Assembly (NCBI GenBank): GCA_023819255.1
Contig: JAMWBU010000004.1
Location: 1,418-65,417, forward strand
Length of the DNA: 64,000 bases
Source of the DNA: Candidatus Omnitrophota bacterium
GTDB lineage: Bacteria; Ratteibacteria; UBA8468; B48-G9; DTJG01
Direction: 5' to 3'
A model generated the notes under the pieces. The model was given only the letters and a program-made list of their open reading frames with translations. It did no database searches and was not told the DNA's origin. Within the stretch, counting starts at the first letter, position 1. The number at the start of each line of letters is the position of its first letter. The translations under genes and the position numbers were made by a program. Shown here piece after piece: positions 37,744 through 47,247 of this stretch.

Positions 37744-38939
37744 CCTGTTTTCCTGTTTCTTTTACCCTCGAGAATCAACGGCAATCCAAAAATGTCTATA
37801 AATCCTTTTGAGGCTTTATGGTCAAAGATATCCCGGTCGGTATATGTAGCAAGGTCTTCCTGATAAAGAGAATAAGGAGATTTCCTGCCGACAGCCACGC
37901 ACTGGCCTTTATAAAGTTTTATTCTTACGGTTCCAGTTACATGTTTCTGTGTTTCGTCAATGAAACTTTCAATGCATTTTCTGAAATCACTGAACCAGTA
38001 ACCATAATAGATGAGTTCAGAATATTTCTGGCTTATAATGTTTTTGAAATGATACAGTTCTCTTTCAAGAACAAGTTTTTCAAGTTCCGCGTGCGCGGTG
38101 TGTAAAATTACGGCGGCAGGCGCTTCGTAGATTTCTCTTGATTTTATGCCTATTAGGCGGTTTTCCAGCATATCAATTCTTCCGACACCATGTTTTGCGC
38201 CGATTTCATTTAGTTCAGAGATAAGTGAAATATCTGGCAGACTTTTCCCGTTTAATTTTATGGGGATTCCCTTGTAAAATTCTATATCGATGTGTTGGGG
38301 CGTTGTCGGCGCCTTTAATGGTGAACAGGTAAGCTGATAAGCATCTTCCGGTGGTTGTTGCCATGGGTCTTCGAGCAATCCGCATTCTATGGAAATGCCC
38401 CAGAGATTCCAGTCAATGCTGTATGGTTTCTTTTTCGTAACATCAACCGGAATTTTATGTTTTCTGGCATATTCTATTTCTTCTTCCCTGGATTTAAATT
38501 CCCATTCTCTCACCGGCGCAATAATTTCCATTTCCGGAGCAAGACTTTTGAAGGCGAGTTCAAATCTTACCTGGTCATTGCCTTTTCCTGTACATCCATG
38601 CGCGAGCGCATCGGCTTTTTCTCTTTTTGCGACCTCGACCATGTTTTTTGCGATCAGCGGCCTTGAAAGTGCTGTCGCAAGCGGATATTTACCTTCATAG
38701 AGGGCGGAACCTTTAAGAGAAGGAAAAACATAATCATCGATAAACTCGCGTTTTAGGTCCTTAAAATAGAATTTTTTCGCTCCTGTCGCAATCGCTTTTT
38801 TTTCTAATGCCGATGGATTTTCTTTTTGTCCGATGTCTGCTGTGAAGGCAATAATTTCTGCACCGTATTTTGTTTGCAGCCATTTTATGATGACAGATGT
38901 ATCAAGCCCGCCCGAATAGGCAACCACAATTTTTTTCAT
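37725..38939 (-). CDS. argG: Argininosuccinate synthase
   Basis: [33 protein letters not shown]. Confidence 0.97.
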   Translation of the reverse strand: MKKIVVAYSGGLDTSVIIKWLQTKYGAEIIAFTADIGQKENPSALEKKAIATGAKKFYFKDLKREFIDDYVFPSLKGSALYEGKYPLATALSRPLIAKNMVEVAKREKADALAHGCTGKGNDQVRFELAFKSLAPEMEIIAPVREWEFKSREEEIEYARKHKIPVDVTKKKPYSIDWNLWGISIECGLLEDPWQQPPEDAYQLTCSPLKAPTTPQHIDIEFYKGIPIKLNGKSLPDISLISELNEIGAKHGVGRIDMLENRLIGIKSREIYEAPAAVILHTAHAELEKLVLERELYHFKNIISQKYSELIYYGYWFSDFRKCIESFIDETQKHVTGTVRIKLYKGQCVAVGRKSPYSLYQEDLATYTDRDIFDHKASKGFIDIFGLPLILEGKRNRKTGWTKDK

Positions 38940-38950
38940 TTTTTCTCCTG

Positions 38951-40042
38951 TTAAATAAGATTTTCTTTTCTCATCTTAAAGAACATTCTTGCTCTTCCGT
39001 ATGCAACTCCTCCGAAGCCAATAATTAAAAACAGCAATTGAATCAAATAACCGATTTTTGGTATGGATGTCAGAAGAACAAAGATCCCTGTGCCAACAAA
39101 TATGCCGAGAATTGTCCTGATTTTTTCTCTTTTTAGTTTCCAGAGTATCAGTCTTCCCAGGGCAATACAGGTAAATCCGCGGCAGAGATATAGAAGCGAA
39201 ACATAAAAAGTCAAAAAAATCAGTCCGAGTGGCGCGCCAACCAGAGTGATCATCAGAAAAACAAGAATCAATGGAACAGCAATAAGCAATAATATTCCTG
39301 TAAAGAAAATTCTCACGGGTTTTTTCTCTATGATATCTATTATTTCATTGAGAATTCTTGGTGTAAAAATAATCATCAGAACAAAGGGAAAGCACAAACC
39401 CAGAAAAGAATACATTTTGATAAATTTAGACGAAAAGAAGACCTGTGCCGGCCGAGGAACAGGGGGTTGGTAGGTAAAATCGCATCTTTCCAAAACCTTC
39501 AAAGGAATCGCTGGCTTTTCTTTGCTCTGAACGAAAACTTTGTTTTTTATATCAATGTTCTTACTGAAGATTATGTTTCTTGTTCTTATATAGAGAGAAT
39601 CGTAGGCGCCTCCTATCTGAATGTTCCTTGACCAGATTTTTGCCGCATGGTTTGCTTTGACATCGTCTAAAATTGATATTTCAGGGGCCATTATATTTAC
39701 ATTTCCACCAACCGCCAGATTTCGCATTTCAAGACTTCTTGCTATCACTCTCAGATTGCCATTTATTTTTCCAGAGATAGACACGGAATCTCCGGCAATA
39801 TAAACATCTTTTTTTGAAGAACCACTGAAGTTAACATTGATTCCCAGCAGCACAACATCTTCCATTGATGTTCCGTTAAAATTCAATTTATTTCCAATGG
39901 AAAGAATATTGTTTTTTAAATTATGTTGCATCTTTAATTCCTCGCCGGTAAAAAAATCTTCAATGCCGAAATTAGCCGTTTCAACATCAGCATAAAGATT
40001 GGAAAAAAATAGCAAAAATAACAAAGCAAGAATTTTTTTCAT
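38951..40042 (-). CDS. Membrane protein with exported beta-solenoid (bactofilin-like) N-domain and multi-TM C-domain
   Basis: Signal peptide, repeats such as [21 protein letters not shown], then about five TM helices including ITLVGAPLG; ATGA overlap with the upstream gene. Confidence 0.65.
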   Translation of the reverse strand: MKKILALLFLLFFSNLYADVETANFGIEDFFTGEELKMQHNLKNNILSIGNKLNFNGTSMEDVVLLGINVNFSGSSKKDVYIAGDSVSISGKINGNLRVIARSLEMRNLAVGGNVNIMAPEISILDDVKANHAAKIWSRNIQIGGAYDSLYIRTRNIIFSKNIDIKNKVFVQSKEKPAIPLKVLERCDFTYQPPVPRPAQVFFSSKFIKMYSFLGLCFPFVLMIIFTPRILNEIIDIIEKKPVRIFFTGILLLIAVPLILVFLMITLVGAPLGLIFLTFYVSLLYLCRGFTCIALGRLILWKLKREKIRTILGIFVGTGIFVLLTSIPKIGYLIQLLFLIIGFGGVAYGRARMFFKMRKENLI

Positions 40043-40497
40043 AGGTTTTTTATCATTGGCACTTCGTCGCATCTTGGAAATTTCGGACAGTTTATGCAGT
40101 CAAACCATATCTTATGTGGTAATTTCGTTTTTTCGATCCGCACAAAACCGAATTTCTCAAAAAAATCAGGAGCATAAGTGAGAACGAATATTTTTTTGAT
40201 TTCCAGTTTTTTTGCTTCCAGAATAAGCATTTCGATGAGTTTTGTGCCATATCCCATTTTTTGCTTTGTGTTTCTAATCGCAAGAGACCTGATTTCGCCA
40301 AGATTCCTCCATACAATTTTAAGAGCGCCGCAACCAATAACTTTTCCATTGTCGCATATTACCCAGAAATTTCTGAGGTTTTCAAAGATCTGATTTAATG
40401 AAACCGGAAGCATTTTGCCCTTTTTTGCCTGACTGTTTATAAGATTTTTTATTTCATAAACATCACCCATTACCGCTGGTCTTATGTCAATTTTCAT
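40039..40497 (-). CDS. GNAT N-acetyltransferase, short N-acetylglutamate synthase (ArgA-like)
   Basis: GEIRSLA, FVLTY, LPHKIWFDCINCPKFP-x-CDE; lies near argG. Confidence 0.8.
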   Translation of the reverse strand: MKIDIRPAVMGDVYEIKNLINSQAKKGKMLPVSLNQIFENLRNFWVICDNGKVIGCGALKIVWRNLGEIRSLAIRNTKQKMGYGTKLIEMLILEAKKLEIKKIFVLTYAPDFFEKFGFVRIEKTKLPHKIWFDCINCPKFPRCDEVPMIKNL

Positions 40498-41101
40498 CTA
40501 TAATGACCCTCCTTCCCTCAATTCTAATTTTTTGTTCAGAAATAAGTTTTATGGCGAGTGGATATATTATGTGTTCTTTTTCCTGTATTCTCTGGTGGAG
40601 CGTTTCAGGAGTGTCATCATCCATCACAGGTACAACTGCCTGAAGAATTACAGGACCCGTGTCAATGCCCTGGTCGACAAAATGCACGGTGCAACCGGAA
40701 AATTTAGCACCGTAATCAATCGCCTGTTTCCATGCTTCGAGACCGGGGAAAGATGGCAAAAGCGATGGATGTATATTGATAATTTTGCCTCTGAATGAGT
40801 TGAAAAATGTTTTTTTTAGTATTCGCATAAATCCTGCGAGACAGATAAGTTCTACATCATATTCTTTAAGGCATTTGACATACTTTTCCTCTTGTTGCGG
40901 TTCCAGAATTGTGCGATATCCGCCGGGTTCTATGTATTTTGCGTCTATGCCATTGGCCCGGGCAATCTCAAGAGCGAAAGCCCCGGGATTATCGCTTATC
41001 ACTGCGCCGATTTTAACCTTCAAAAATCCTGATTTCACCTGGTTTATTATGGCGGCGAGATTGCTTCCTTTTCCGGAAGCAAGAATTCCTATGGTAAACA
41101 T
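40487..41101 (-). CDS. purN: Phosphoribosylglycinamide formyltransferase
   Basis: ASGKGSN, LAGFMRIL, NIHPSLLP, GCTVHFVD, DTGP. Confidence 0.96.
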   Translation of the reverse strand: MFTIGILASGKGSNLAAIINQVKSGFLKVKIGAVISDNPGAFALEIARANGIDAKYIEPGGYRTILEPQQEEKYVKCLKEYDVELICLAGFMRILKKTFFNSFRGKIINIHPSLLPSFPGLEAWKQAIDYGAKFSGCTVHFVDQGIDTGPVILQAVVPVMDDDTPETLHQRIQEKEHIIYPLAIKLISEQKIRIEGRRVIIDEN

Positions 41102-41415
41102 TTTTCAATCTCCTTCAAAAGTCGAAGAATTTTTTTTAAAAATTCCGCAGAACTTTGCTGGGTCTTTTTTTCCTTGTCGTAAGCGCCACGAATTTTCTTT
41201 TTTACTCCATGTATTTTATATCCATCTTCATAAAGAAGTTTCTGAATGTGTTTAATCCTGTCCATATCTTTTTCAGAATAGATCCTTCTTCCCGAATGGT
41301 CGCGCTGAATCCTGAGAAAGGAAAATTGAGTTTCCCAGTATCTTAATATATGCGGCGCGATTCCAGTTATTTTTGCAACTTCCTTTATGCTGTAATAACG
41401 AGGATTTTCACTCAT
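41089..41415 (-). CDS. Short MerR-family HTH regulator
   Basis: YSIKEVA...HILRYWE...GRRIY...LLY-x-DGY. Confidence 0.88.
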   Translation of the reverse strand: MSENPRYYSIKEVAKITGIAPHILRYWETQFSFLRIQRDHSGRRIYSEKDMDRIKHIQKLLYEDGYKIHGVKKKIRGAYDKEKKTQQSSAEFLKKILRLLKEIEKCLP

Positions 41416-42388
41416 TCTTAAGTTGCCTTGTCATTAGTTTTTCAATCTCATCCAGAGGTTCAGAATCCTGGTTTACTATTCTGTAAATAGTAGATGCAAT
41501 CGGGACTTCCACTTTGTTTTTTTCGGAAATTTTTATGATTGCTTTTGACGCGGATATGCCCTCAATTACCATTTTCGTGCTCGCGAGAAACTCATTTTTC
41601 TTTTTTGCAGCCACTGCCTGTCCGAAACGATGATTTCTACTTCTGGGACTGAACGAAGTAGTGATTAAATCGCCGATACCTGCAAGTCCCCAGAAAGTTT
41701 TTTCCCTGGCGCCGAAAACCTTACCGAAGTTCTTCATTTCTTCGATGCTTCTTGTGATAAAGGCTGCTTTTGCGTTATCTCCCAGATTAAGTGCGTCTAT
41801 TATGCCTGCACCTATAGCGACAACATTCTTATAACCTCCGCATATTTCAACCCCGCAGACATCATTGGTTGTGTAAAGCCTGATGATTTTCGAAGAAAAC
41901 ATATGTTGAAATTTCATTGCTAAATTTGTGTTATGGGAAGCGATTACCGCAGCTGTTGGTTTTCCAGCAGCGACCTCAGATGCAATGGTTGGTCCTGAAA
42001 TATTTGCTGATTCGCACCGACCGATTTCATTGTACAATATTTCTGACATTCTCATTCCTGTTTCAGGTTCGAGGCCCTTTGTGGCTATAAGTATATCTTG
42101 CTTTCGATAAAATGGTTTTAGATATTGTACCGTATTTCTGAAATATTGCGACGGAACCACAATTATAAGCGTGTGAGCGGATGAAACAGCCATCTGAATG
42201 TCGCTGGTTATAAATACTGTTTCGGGAATTTTAAATCCTGGAAGAAATTCAGAATTTTCTCTGGTTTTCACAAGAGTTTCCGCATAATCTGGAAATTTTT
42301 CCCACAGCGTCACAGAGTATTTTTCAGCCAGCAGTATTGAAATGGCTGTACCCCAGCCACCAGCGCCGATAACACCTATTTTTTCCAT
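41408..42388 (-). CDS. gpsA: NAD(P)H-dependent glycerol-3-phosphate dehydrogenase
   Basis: GAGGWGTA, ATKGLE, SGPT, KNVVAI, GLAGIGDL, SRN. Confidence 0.95.
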   Translation of the reverse strand: MEKIGVIGAGGWGTAISILLAEKYSVTLWEKFPDYAETLVKTRENSEFLPGFKIPETVFITSDIQMAVSSAHTLIIVVPSQYFRNTVQYLKPFYRKQDILIATKGLEPETGMRMSEILYNEIGRCESANISGPTIASEVAAGKPTAAVIASHNTNLAMKFQHMFSSKIIRLYTTNDVCGVEICGGYKNVVAIGAGIIDALNLGDNAKAAFITRSIEEMKNFGKVFGAREKTFWGLAGIGDLITTSFSPRSRNHRFGQAVAAKKKNEFLASTKMVIEGISASKAIIKISEKNKVEVPIASTIYRIVNQDSEPLDEIEKLMTRQLKNE

Positions 42389-42987
42389 AAATTAAATTTG
42401 TTTTCTTTTCCCTGCGTAAGCCTTTTAATGTTTTCTTTATGAGCCATAATTATTACCGCGCAGATAAAAACTCCAGTTATTATAAGAACTGGGTCTTTGT
42501 GCAATAGCCATAAAAATACCGGCAATCCAGTCGCAGCCGTCATTGATGCCAGAGAAACATATCCTGTGATGATAAACACCAGAGCCCATAATAAAAGGGA
42601 AATAAGCGCTTCAATCGGCATTATCGCAAGTATTACGCCAAAACTGCAGTTTACTGCCTTTCCACCTCTGCCTTTGAGAAAAATGGAAAACTTGCTGCCA
42701 AGAATCGCGGCAAAACCGGTGGATATAAGGATTAACTGATTCAGGTTTGTCCCATGGATATACTTCATCAGAAGGATTGGAAACACGCCTTTTAAAACAT
42801 CCAGTATGAAAGTAAAAATTCCGGGTACTGGTCCCAGTACCCGGAATACATTGGTTGCTCCAATATTTCCACTTCCTTTTGTTCTGATATCAACGCCATA
42901 AACATATCTGCCAATCCAGTAGCCCCATACGAAACTACCTGACAAATATCCGGCCGTGACCCAGCAAAAAATTAAGAACAGAGACAC
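42376..42987 (-). CDS. plsY: Glycerol-3-phosphate 1-O-acyltransferase
   Basis: DIRTKGSGNIGATNVFR, DVLKG, GGKAV, YVSLAS, HKENIKRL. Confidence 0.95.
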   Translation of the reverse strand: MSLFLIFCWVTAGYLSGSFVWGYWIGRYVYGVDIRTKGSGNIGATNVFRVLGPVPGIFTFILDVLKGVFPILLMKYIHGTNLNQLILISTGFAAILGSKFSIFLKGRGGKAVNCSFGVILAIMPIEALISLLLWALVFIITGYVSLASMTAATGLPVFLWLLHKDPVLIITGVFICAVIIMAHKENIKRLTQGKENKFNLWKK

Positions 42988-43007
42988 TGACCATAAGCCT
43001 GCAAAAG

Positions 43008-43637
43008 TTATTTAATGCTCAGCAATTCCTTTGCTTTATCAACAGCAGAACCAGCGTCAGGCGCATACCCATCAGCTCCTATTTCATCAGCGTAGGTCTG
43101 GGTAACAGGCGCTCCGCCGATTATTATTTTCACACTGTCCCGGATGCCTTCTGATTTCAATTTTTCAATGACATTCTTCATCGCTGGCATCGTGGTCGTG
43201 AGAAGCGCGGAAAGTCCTATCAATTGAGCGCCATTTTTTGCGGCTTCAACGAATTTTTCCTCAGGCACATCTATGCCGAGGTCCATAACTTCAAACCCTG
43301 CGCCTTTCCACATCATTGAAACAAGATTTTTTCCGATATCGTGGAGATCTCCTTTTACTGTGCCTATGGCAACCTTTGCCTGTGATTTAATGCCGGCTTT
43401 TGCTATTTCTGGCTGGAGAATAGCCATTGCTTGATTCATTGCTCTCGCAGCGATCAGAACCTCAGGAACATAAAATTCATTATTTTTGAACTTGACTCCT
43501 ACAACATTCATTCCTGCAATAAGGCCTTCGTTCAAAATATTTTCCACTCCAATGTTCTCTGATAAAGCTTTTGTGACAAGCTCGGTCGCCTTTTTGGCGT
43601 CTCCCCTGATGATGGCTTGCTTTATTTCTTCTAACAT
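43008..43637 (-). CDS. Stand-alone cobalamin-binding (corrinoid) protein
   Basis: Cap domain (GLIAGM-x-x-VG, YVPEV) plus GTVKGDLHDIGKNLV (DxHxxG), SALLTTTM, IGGAPV. Confidence 0.92.
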   Translation of the reverse strand: MLEEIKQAIIRGDAKKATELVTKALSENIGVENILNEGLIAGMNVVGVKFKNNEFYVPEVLIAARAMNQAMAILQPEIAKAGIKSQAKVAIGTVKGDLHDIGKNLVSMMWKGAGFEVMDLGIDVPEEKFVEAAKNGAQLIGLSALLTTTMPAMKNVIEKLKSEGIRDSVKIIIGGAPVTQTYADEIGADGYAPDAGSAVDKAKELLSIK

Positions 43638-43678
43638 TACTAACCTCCTTAATTGAGAAAAAAATTTTTATACAAAAA

Positions 43679-43707
43679 TTTATACAGCATATCAGATTAT
43701 TTGTCAA
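43679..43707 (-). promoter_or_regulatory. Leftward sigma70 promoter TTGACA-N17-TATAAA
   Basis: Reverse strand ttgaca (43707-43702), 17 nt, tataaa (43684-43679); AGGAGG SD before the corrinoid gene. Confidence 0.65.
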
Positions 43708-43729
43708 GTTTTTGTTATAAGTTTAAAAT
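43701..43729 (+). promoter_or_regulatory. Rightward promoter TTGTCA-N17-TAAAAT for tRNA-Val
   Basis: ttgtca 43701-43706, taaaat 43724-43729; the tRNA starts at 43744. Confidence 0.55.
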
Positions 43730-43743
43730 AATAAGTGCTTAAA

Positions 43744-43817
43744 AGGCGGTTAGCTCAGTCGGCAAGAGCGCTTCCCTTACAAGGAAGAGGTCGTGGGTTC
43801 GATTCCCTCACCGCCTA
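43744..43817 (+). tRNA. tRNA-Val (anticodon TAC), CCA not encoded
   Basis: Acceptor AGGCGGT/ACCGCCT, D-arm GCTC...GAGC, anticodon arm CTTCC-CTTACAA-GGAAG, T-loop TTCGATT. Confidence 0.95.
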
Positions 43818-43919
43818 TAAATAACTCTATTATCGCGCCTTTGCGAAAAGGATTATGAAACTTTTATTTGCGTCTCCACATCTAAAATTAACGAAAATTA
43901 AAACAATAGGAGAAATAAA

Positions 43920-45791
43920 ATGGAAAAAATCATAGGAATAGATCTTGGAACAAGTAATTCAGCAGCCGCTATAATGGAGGCAGGCAAGATTGTTGTTATT
44001 CCCAGCGCAGAAGGCACAACAATAGTTGGTGGAAAGGCTTTTCCGTCATATGTGGCTTTTACGAAAGACGGACAGATTCTTGTTGGAGAGCCCGCGAGAC
44101 GGCAGGCAGCGGTTAATCCTGAGCGGACAATTTTTGCAGCAAAAAGGAAAATGGGCACCGATTTTAAGTACACAATTGATGGTAAGACATACACGCCGCA
44201 ACAGATCTCGGCTTTTATTCTTCAGAAAATTAAGAAGGATGCCGAAAATTACCTGGGTTATCCAATTACAAAAGCCGTGATAACAGTGCCCGCATATTTT
44301 AATGATAACCAGAGACAGGCAACAAAAGATGCCGGAACAATAGCCGGACTCGAAGTTGTCAGATTGATTAATGAACCCACTGCCGCAGCGTTTGCTTATG
44401 GCCTCGATAAGCTAAACCAGGAGCTGAAAATTATGCTTTTCGATTTTGGTGCTGGCACCCTTGATGTCACAATAATGGAAATGATGGGCGGAGGCGTTTT
44501 TAAGGTTCTTTCCACAAGCGGGGATACCCAACTTGGCGGAACCGATATGGATCAGGATCTTATTAACTTTATTGTAAATGATTTCAAGATGCAGACCGGA
44601 ATAGATTTAACAACTGATAGAATGGCGATGCAAAGAATTCGGGAAGCGGCTGAAAAGGCAAAAATAGAACTTTCTTCTACGCTTGAGACCGAGATTAGCC
44701 TGCCTTTTATCACCGCGAATGAGAAAGGGCCGCAACATCTCTCAATGAAGATCAGAAGGGCTCAACTTGAGGAATTGGTAAGGGGGCGCGTGGAAAAATG
44801 TCGTGGACCAATGGAACAGGCGCTTTCAGACGCAAAACTTACATCATCTCAGATTGACAAAATTATTCTCGTTGGCGGACCCACGAGAATGCCGATAGTT
44901 CAGAAGTTTATAGAGGATTTTATGGGCAAAAAGCCGGAAAGAGGCGTGGATCCTATGGAGTGTGTTTCAATTGGTGCCGCAATACAGGGTGCAATACTTG
45001 CCGGCGACATAAAAGATAAAGATATACTTTTGCTGGATGTGACTCCTCTTTCGCTCGGAGTGGAAACTCTTGGCGGAGTGTTTACAAAAATAATCGAGAG
45101 AAATACCACAATTCCTACAAAGAAAAGCCAGATATTTACAACTGCGGCAGATAATCAAACTTCAGTTGAGGTTCATGTGTTGCAGGGAGAACGGCCGATG
45201 GCGAGTCATAATACCAGTCTTGGAAGATTTCATCTTGATGGAATTCCTCCGGCACCAAGAAATGTTCCACAGATTGAAGTGACCTTCGATATTGACTCAA
45301 ACGGAATTCTATCTGTGACTGCGAAAGATCTTGCGACATCAAAGCAACAATCAATAAGGATTACGGCCTCGAAGAAATTATCAAAAGAAGAAATAGACAA
45401 AATGATTAAAGATGCTGAACAATTCGCCGAGCAGGATAGAAAACAAAAGGAACTGGTGGATCTATGCAACAGTGCCGATGGCTTTGCATACAGTGTTGAA
45501 AAAACCCTTAAGGAGCACGGCGATAAAATCCCTGTCGAAGAAAAAAATCTTGTCAATGAAAAAATATCTGCCCTTAGAAAAGCTGTTGAATCGAAGAATG
45601 AATCCGAAATAAAATCTTTAATGCAGGAACTGGAACAGGCATCTCACAGGATAGCAGATATCCTTTATAAACAAACAGCGCAATCGACTGCCGACCAGCA
45701 GCAATCATCTCAGGCATCTGAACCAAAACAGGAACAGGAAGGTAAAAAGGTTGTTGATGCCGACTACCGTGAAGTCGATGGAAATAAATAA
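43920..45791 (+). CDS. dnaK: Molecular chaperone DnaK (Hsp70)
   Basis: [44 protein letters not shown]. Confidence 0.98.
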   Translation: MEKIIGIDLGTSNSAAAIMEAGKIVVIPSAEGTTIVGGKAFPSYVAFTKDGQILVGEPARRQAAVNPERTIFAAKRKMGTDFKYTIDGKTYTPQQISAFILQKIKKDAENYLGYPITKAVITVPAYFNDNQRQATKDAGTIAGLEVVRLINEPTAAAFAYGLDKLNQELKIMLFDFGAGTLDVTIMEMMGGGVFKVLSTSGDTQLGGTDMDQDLINFIVNDFKMQTGIDLTTDRMAMQRIREAAEKAKIELSSTLETEISLPFITANEKGPQHLSMKIRRAQLEELVRGRVEKCRGPMEQALSDAKLTSSQIDKIILVGGPTRMPIVQKFIEDFMGKKPERGVDPMECVSIGAAIQGAILAGDIKDKDILLLDVTPLSLGVETLGGVFTKIIERNTTIPTKKSQIFTTAADNQTSVEVHVLQGERPMASHNTSLGRFHLDGIPPAPRNVPQIEVTFDIDSNGILSVTAKDLATSKQQSIRITASKKLSKEEIDKMIKDAEQFAEQDRKQKELVDLCNSADGFAYSVEKTLKEHGDKIPVEEKNLVNEKISALRKAVESKNESEIKSLMQELEQASHRIADILYKQTAQSTADQQQSSQASEPKQEQEGKKVVDADYREVDGNK

Positions 45792-45812
45792 TATGGTATC
45801 AGGTTGAAAATG

Positions 45813-45838
45813 AGGGCGGCTAATGCCGCCCTTTTTTT
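45813..45838 (+). terminator. Rho-independent terminator after dnaK
   Basis: AGGGCGGC-TAAT-GCCGCCCT stem-loop followed by a T run. Confidence 0.88.
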
Positions 45839-45894
45839 ATTGGTTTACTCCATGGTGTTATAATAATAATGAAATATACAGGGGAAAAAAAGAA

Positions 45895-46944
45895 ATGGTT
45901 ACATATAAAAGGGCGGGGGTAGACGATCAAAAGGCAGAAGCGCTGGTAAGGTTTATAAAGGACCGCGCAGAAAAATCCTTCAAGAAAAAAATAGCTGGAG
46001 ACATTGGCTTTTTTGCTGGCTTTGTGCCTTTTCCTTTTTCTGGCGGCAAAGATTTTCTTGTCGCTGGTTGCGATGGCGTTGGTACAAAGGTTCTTATTGC
46101 AAAGGCGCTTGAAAAATATGATACGATTGGTATAGATCTTGTGGCGATGAATTGCAACGATGTCGCTGTCTGCGGAGCAAAGCCTCTTTTTTTCCTTGAC
46201 TATCTGGCTGTGGGAAAGTTAAAAATAGAAAGGGAAAAGAAACTTCTTGAGGGAATAATTAGAGGTTGTGAAATTGCTCAATGCGCTCTTGTTGGTGGAG
46301 AAACTGCTCAGATGCCGGATGTTTATTCCGAAGATGATTTTGATCTTGCGGGTTTTTGCGTTGGTGTAGCGAAAAAGGACAGGATACTCGGTCCTTCAAG
46401 GGTTAGTGAAGGTGATGTGTTGCTTGGAGTTGGTTCAAACGGTTTGCATTCAAACGGATTTTCTCTTGTAAGAAAGATTTTTTTTCAAAGCAGGGACATT
46501 AAGAGAAAACTTTTTGAATACAGGGTAAATCTCGGTCGTTCTCTGGGAGAAGAATTTTTGAGGCCCACCCACATTTATTCTCCACTTATTGTCAATCTGG
46601 TTGAAAAAAATCTTGTTAATGCGGCTGCTCATATTACTGGAGGCGGTATCCCGGGAAATCTTGTAAGAGTTTTGCCGGAAAATCTGGATGCTGAAGTTTT
46701 CACCGATTCATGGAATGTGCCAGTCGTGTTTTCTATGATTCAGGAGACAGGCAGAATCAAGCCAGAAGAAATGTATAATGTTTTTAATATGGGGATTGGA
46801 TTGATTCTTTGTTTACCGGTGCGCAATAAGGAAGAAGTCAGTTCAATCATACAAAAAAAAGGTTTCAGGGTTTTTGAAATAGGATTCATATGTAAGGGCA
46901 AAAGAAGGGTTGTTCTGAAAAAAAGGCGTTTGAATAAACAATAA
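45895..46944 (+). CDS. purM: Phosphoribosylformylglycinamidine cyclo-ligase (AIR synthetase)
   Basis: YKRAGVD, DGVGTK, GGETA-x-MP, SNGLHSNGFSL, HITGGG, FNMGIG; TGtTATAAT upstream. Confidence 0.96.
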   Translation: MVTYKRAGVDDQKAEALVRFIKDRAEKSFKKKIAGDIGFFAGFVPFPFSGGKDFLVAGCDGVGTKVLIAKALEKYDTIGIDLVAMNCNDVAVCGAKPLFFLDYLAVGKLKIEREKKLLEGIIRGCEIAQCALVGGETAQMPDVYSEDDFDLAGFCVGVAKKDRILGPSRVSEGDVLLGVGSNGLHSNGFSLVRKIFFQSRDIKRKLFEYRVNLGRSLGEEFLRPTHIYSPLIVNLVEKNLVNAAAHITGGGIPGNLVRVLPENLDAEVFTDSWNVPVVFSMIQETGRIKPEEMYNVFNMGIGLILCLPVRNKEEVSSIIQKKGFRVFEIGFICKGKRRVVLKKRRLNKQ

Positions 46945-46959
46945 CTGTGGGAGGCAGAA

Positions 46960-47247
46960 ATGACTGATAAGAAAAATATTCTGTACAAAGCACTTGCTTT
47001 AGGGATTGCCTCGCTTTCCATTGCCGAAAAGAAAAGAAAAGAGATTCTGGAGATCCTCGAAAAAGAGGTGAAAGATAAGAAACTTGAAGAAAAAATCGAG
47101 AAGCGGTTTTCTGGTTTGATTGAAAAAATCGATAAGACCACTGGTATTAAGAAGGAAAAAATCGCAGAAATCTTCGGGCTTGTAACAAAAAAAGAAATAG
47201 AGGACCTTAAGAAAGAAATAGAGAATTTGAAATATGGCAAGCAATGA
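46960..47247 (+). CDS. Small phasin/PHA-granule-associated-like coiled-coil protein
   Basis: LYKALALGIAS N-terminus and GLVTKKEIEDL-x-x-x-IE C-terminus; sits directly upstream of an ABC1 kinase. Confidence 0.55.
   Translation: MTDKKNILYKALALGIASLSIAEKKRKEILEILEKEVKDKKLEEKIEKRFSGLIEKIDKTTGIKKEKIAEIFGLVTKKEIEDLKKEIENLKYGKQ

Noticed and set aside
43638-43743. Cobalamin riboswitch upstream of the corrinoid gene
   Set aside because: The region is short, very AT-rich and accounted for by two promoters.
43818-43919. CIRCE element or structured RNA upstream of dnaK
   Set aside because: No TTAGCACTC-N9-GAGTGCTAA; only a weak 5-bp hairpin CCTTT-GCGA-AAAGG at 43838-43851.
43744-45840. Genomic island integrated at tRNA-Val carrying dnaK
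   Set aside because: No integrase and no duplicated tRNA 3' end seen; the downstream GC-rich element is a terminator hairpin.
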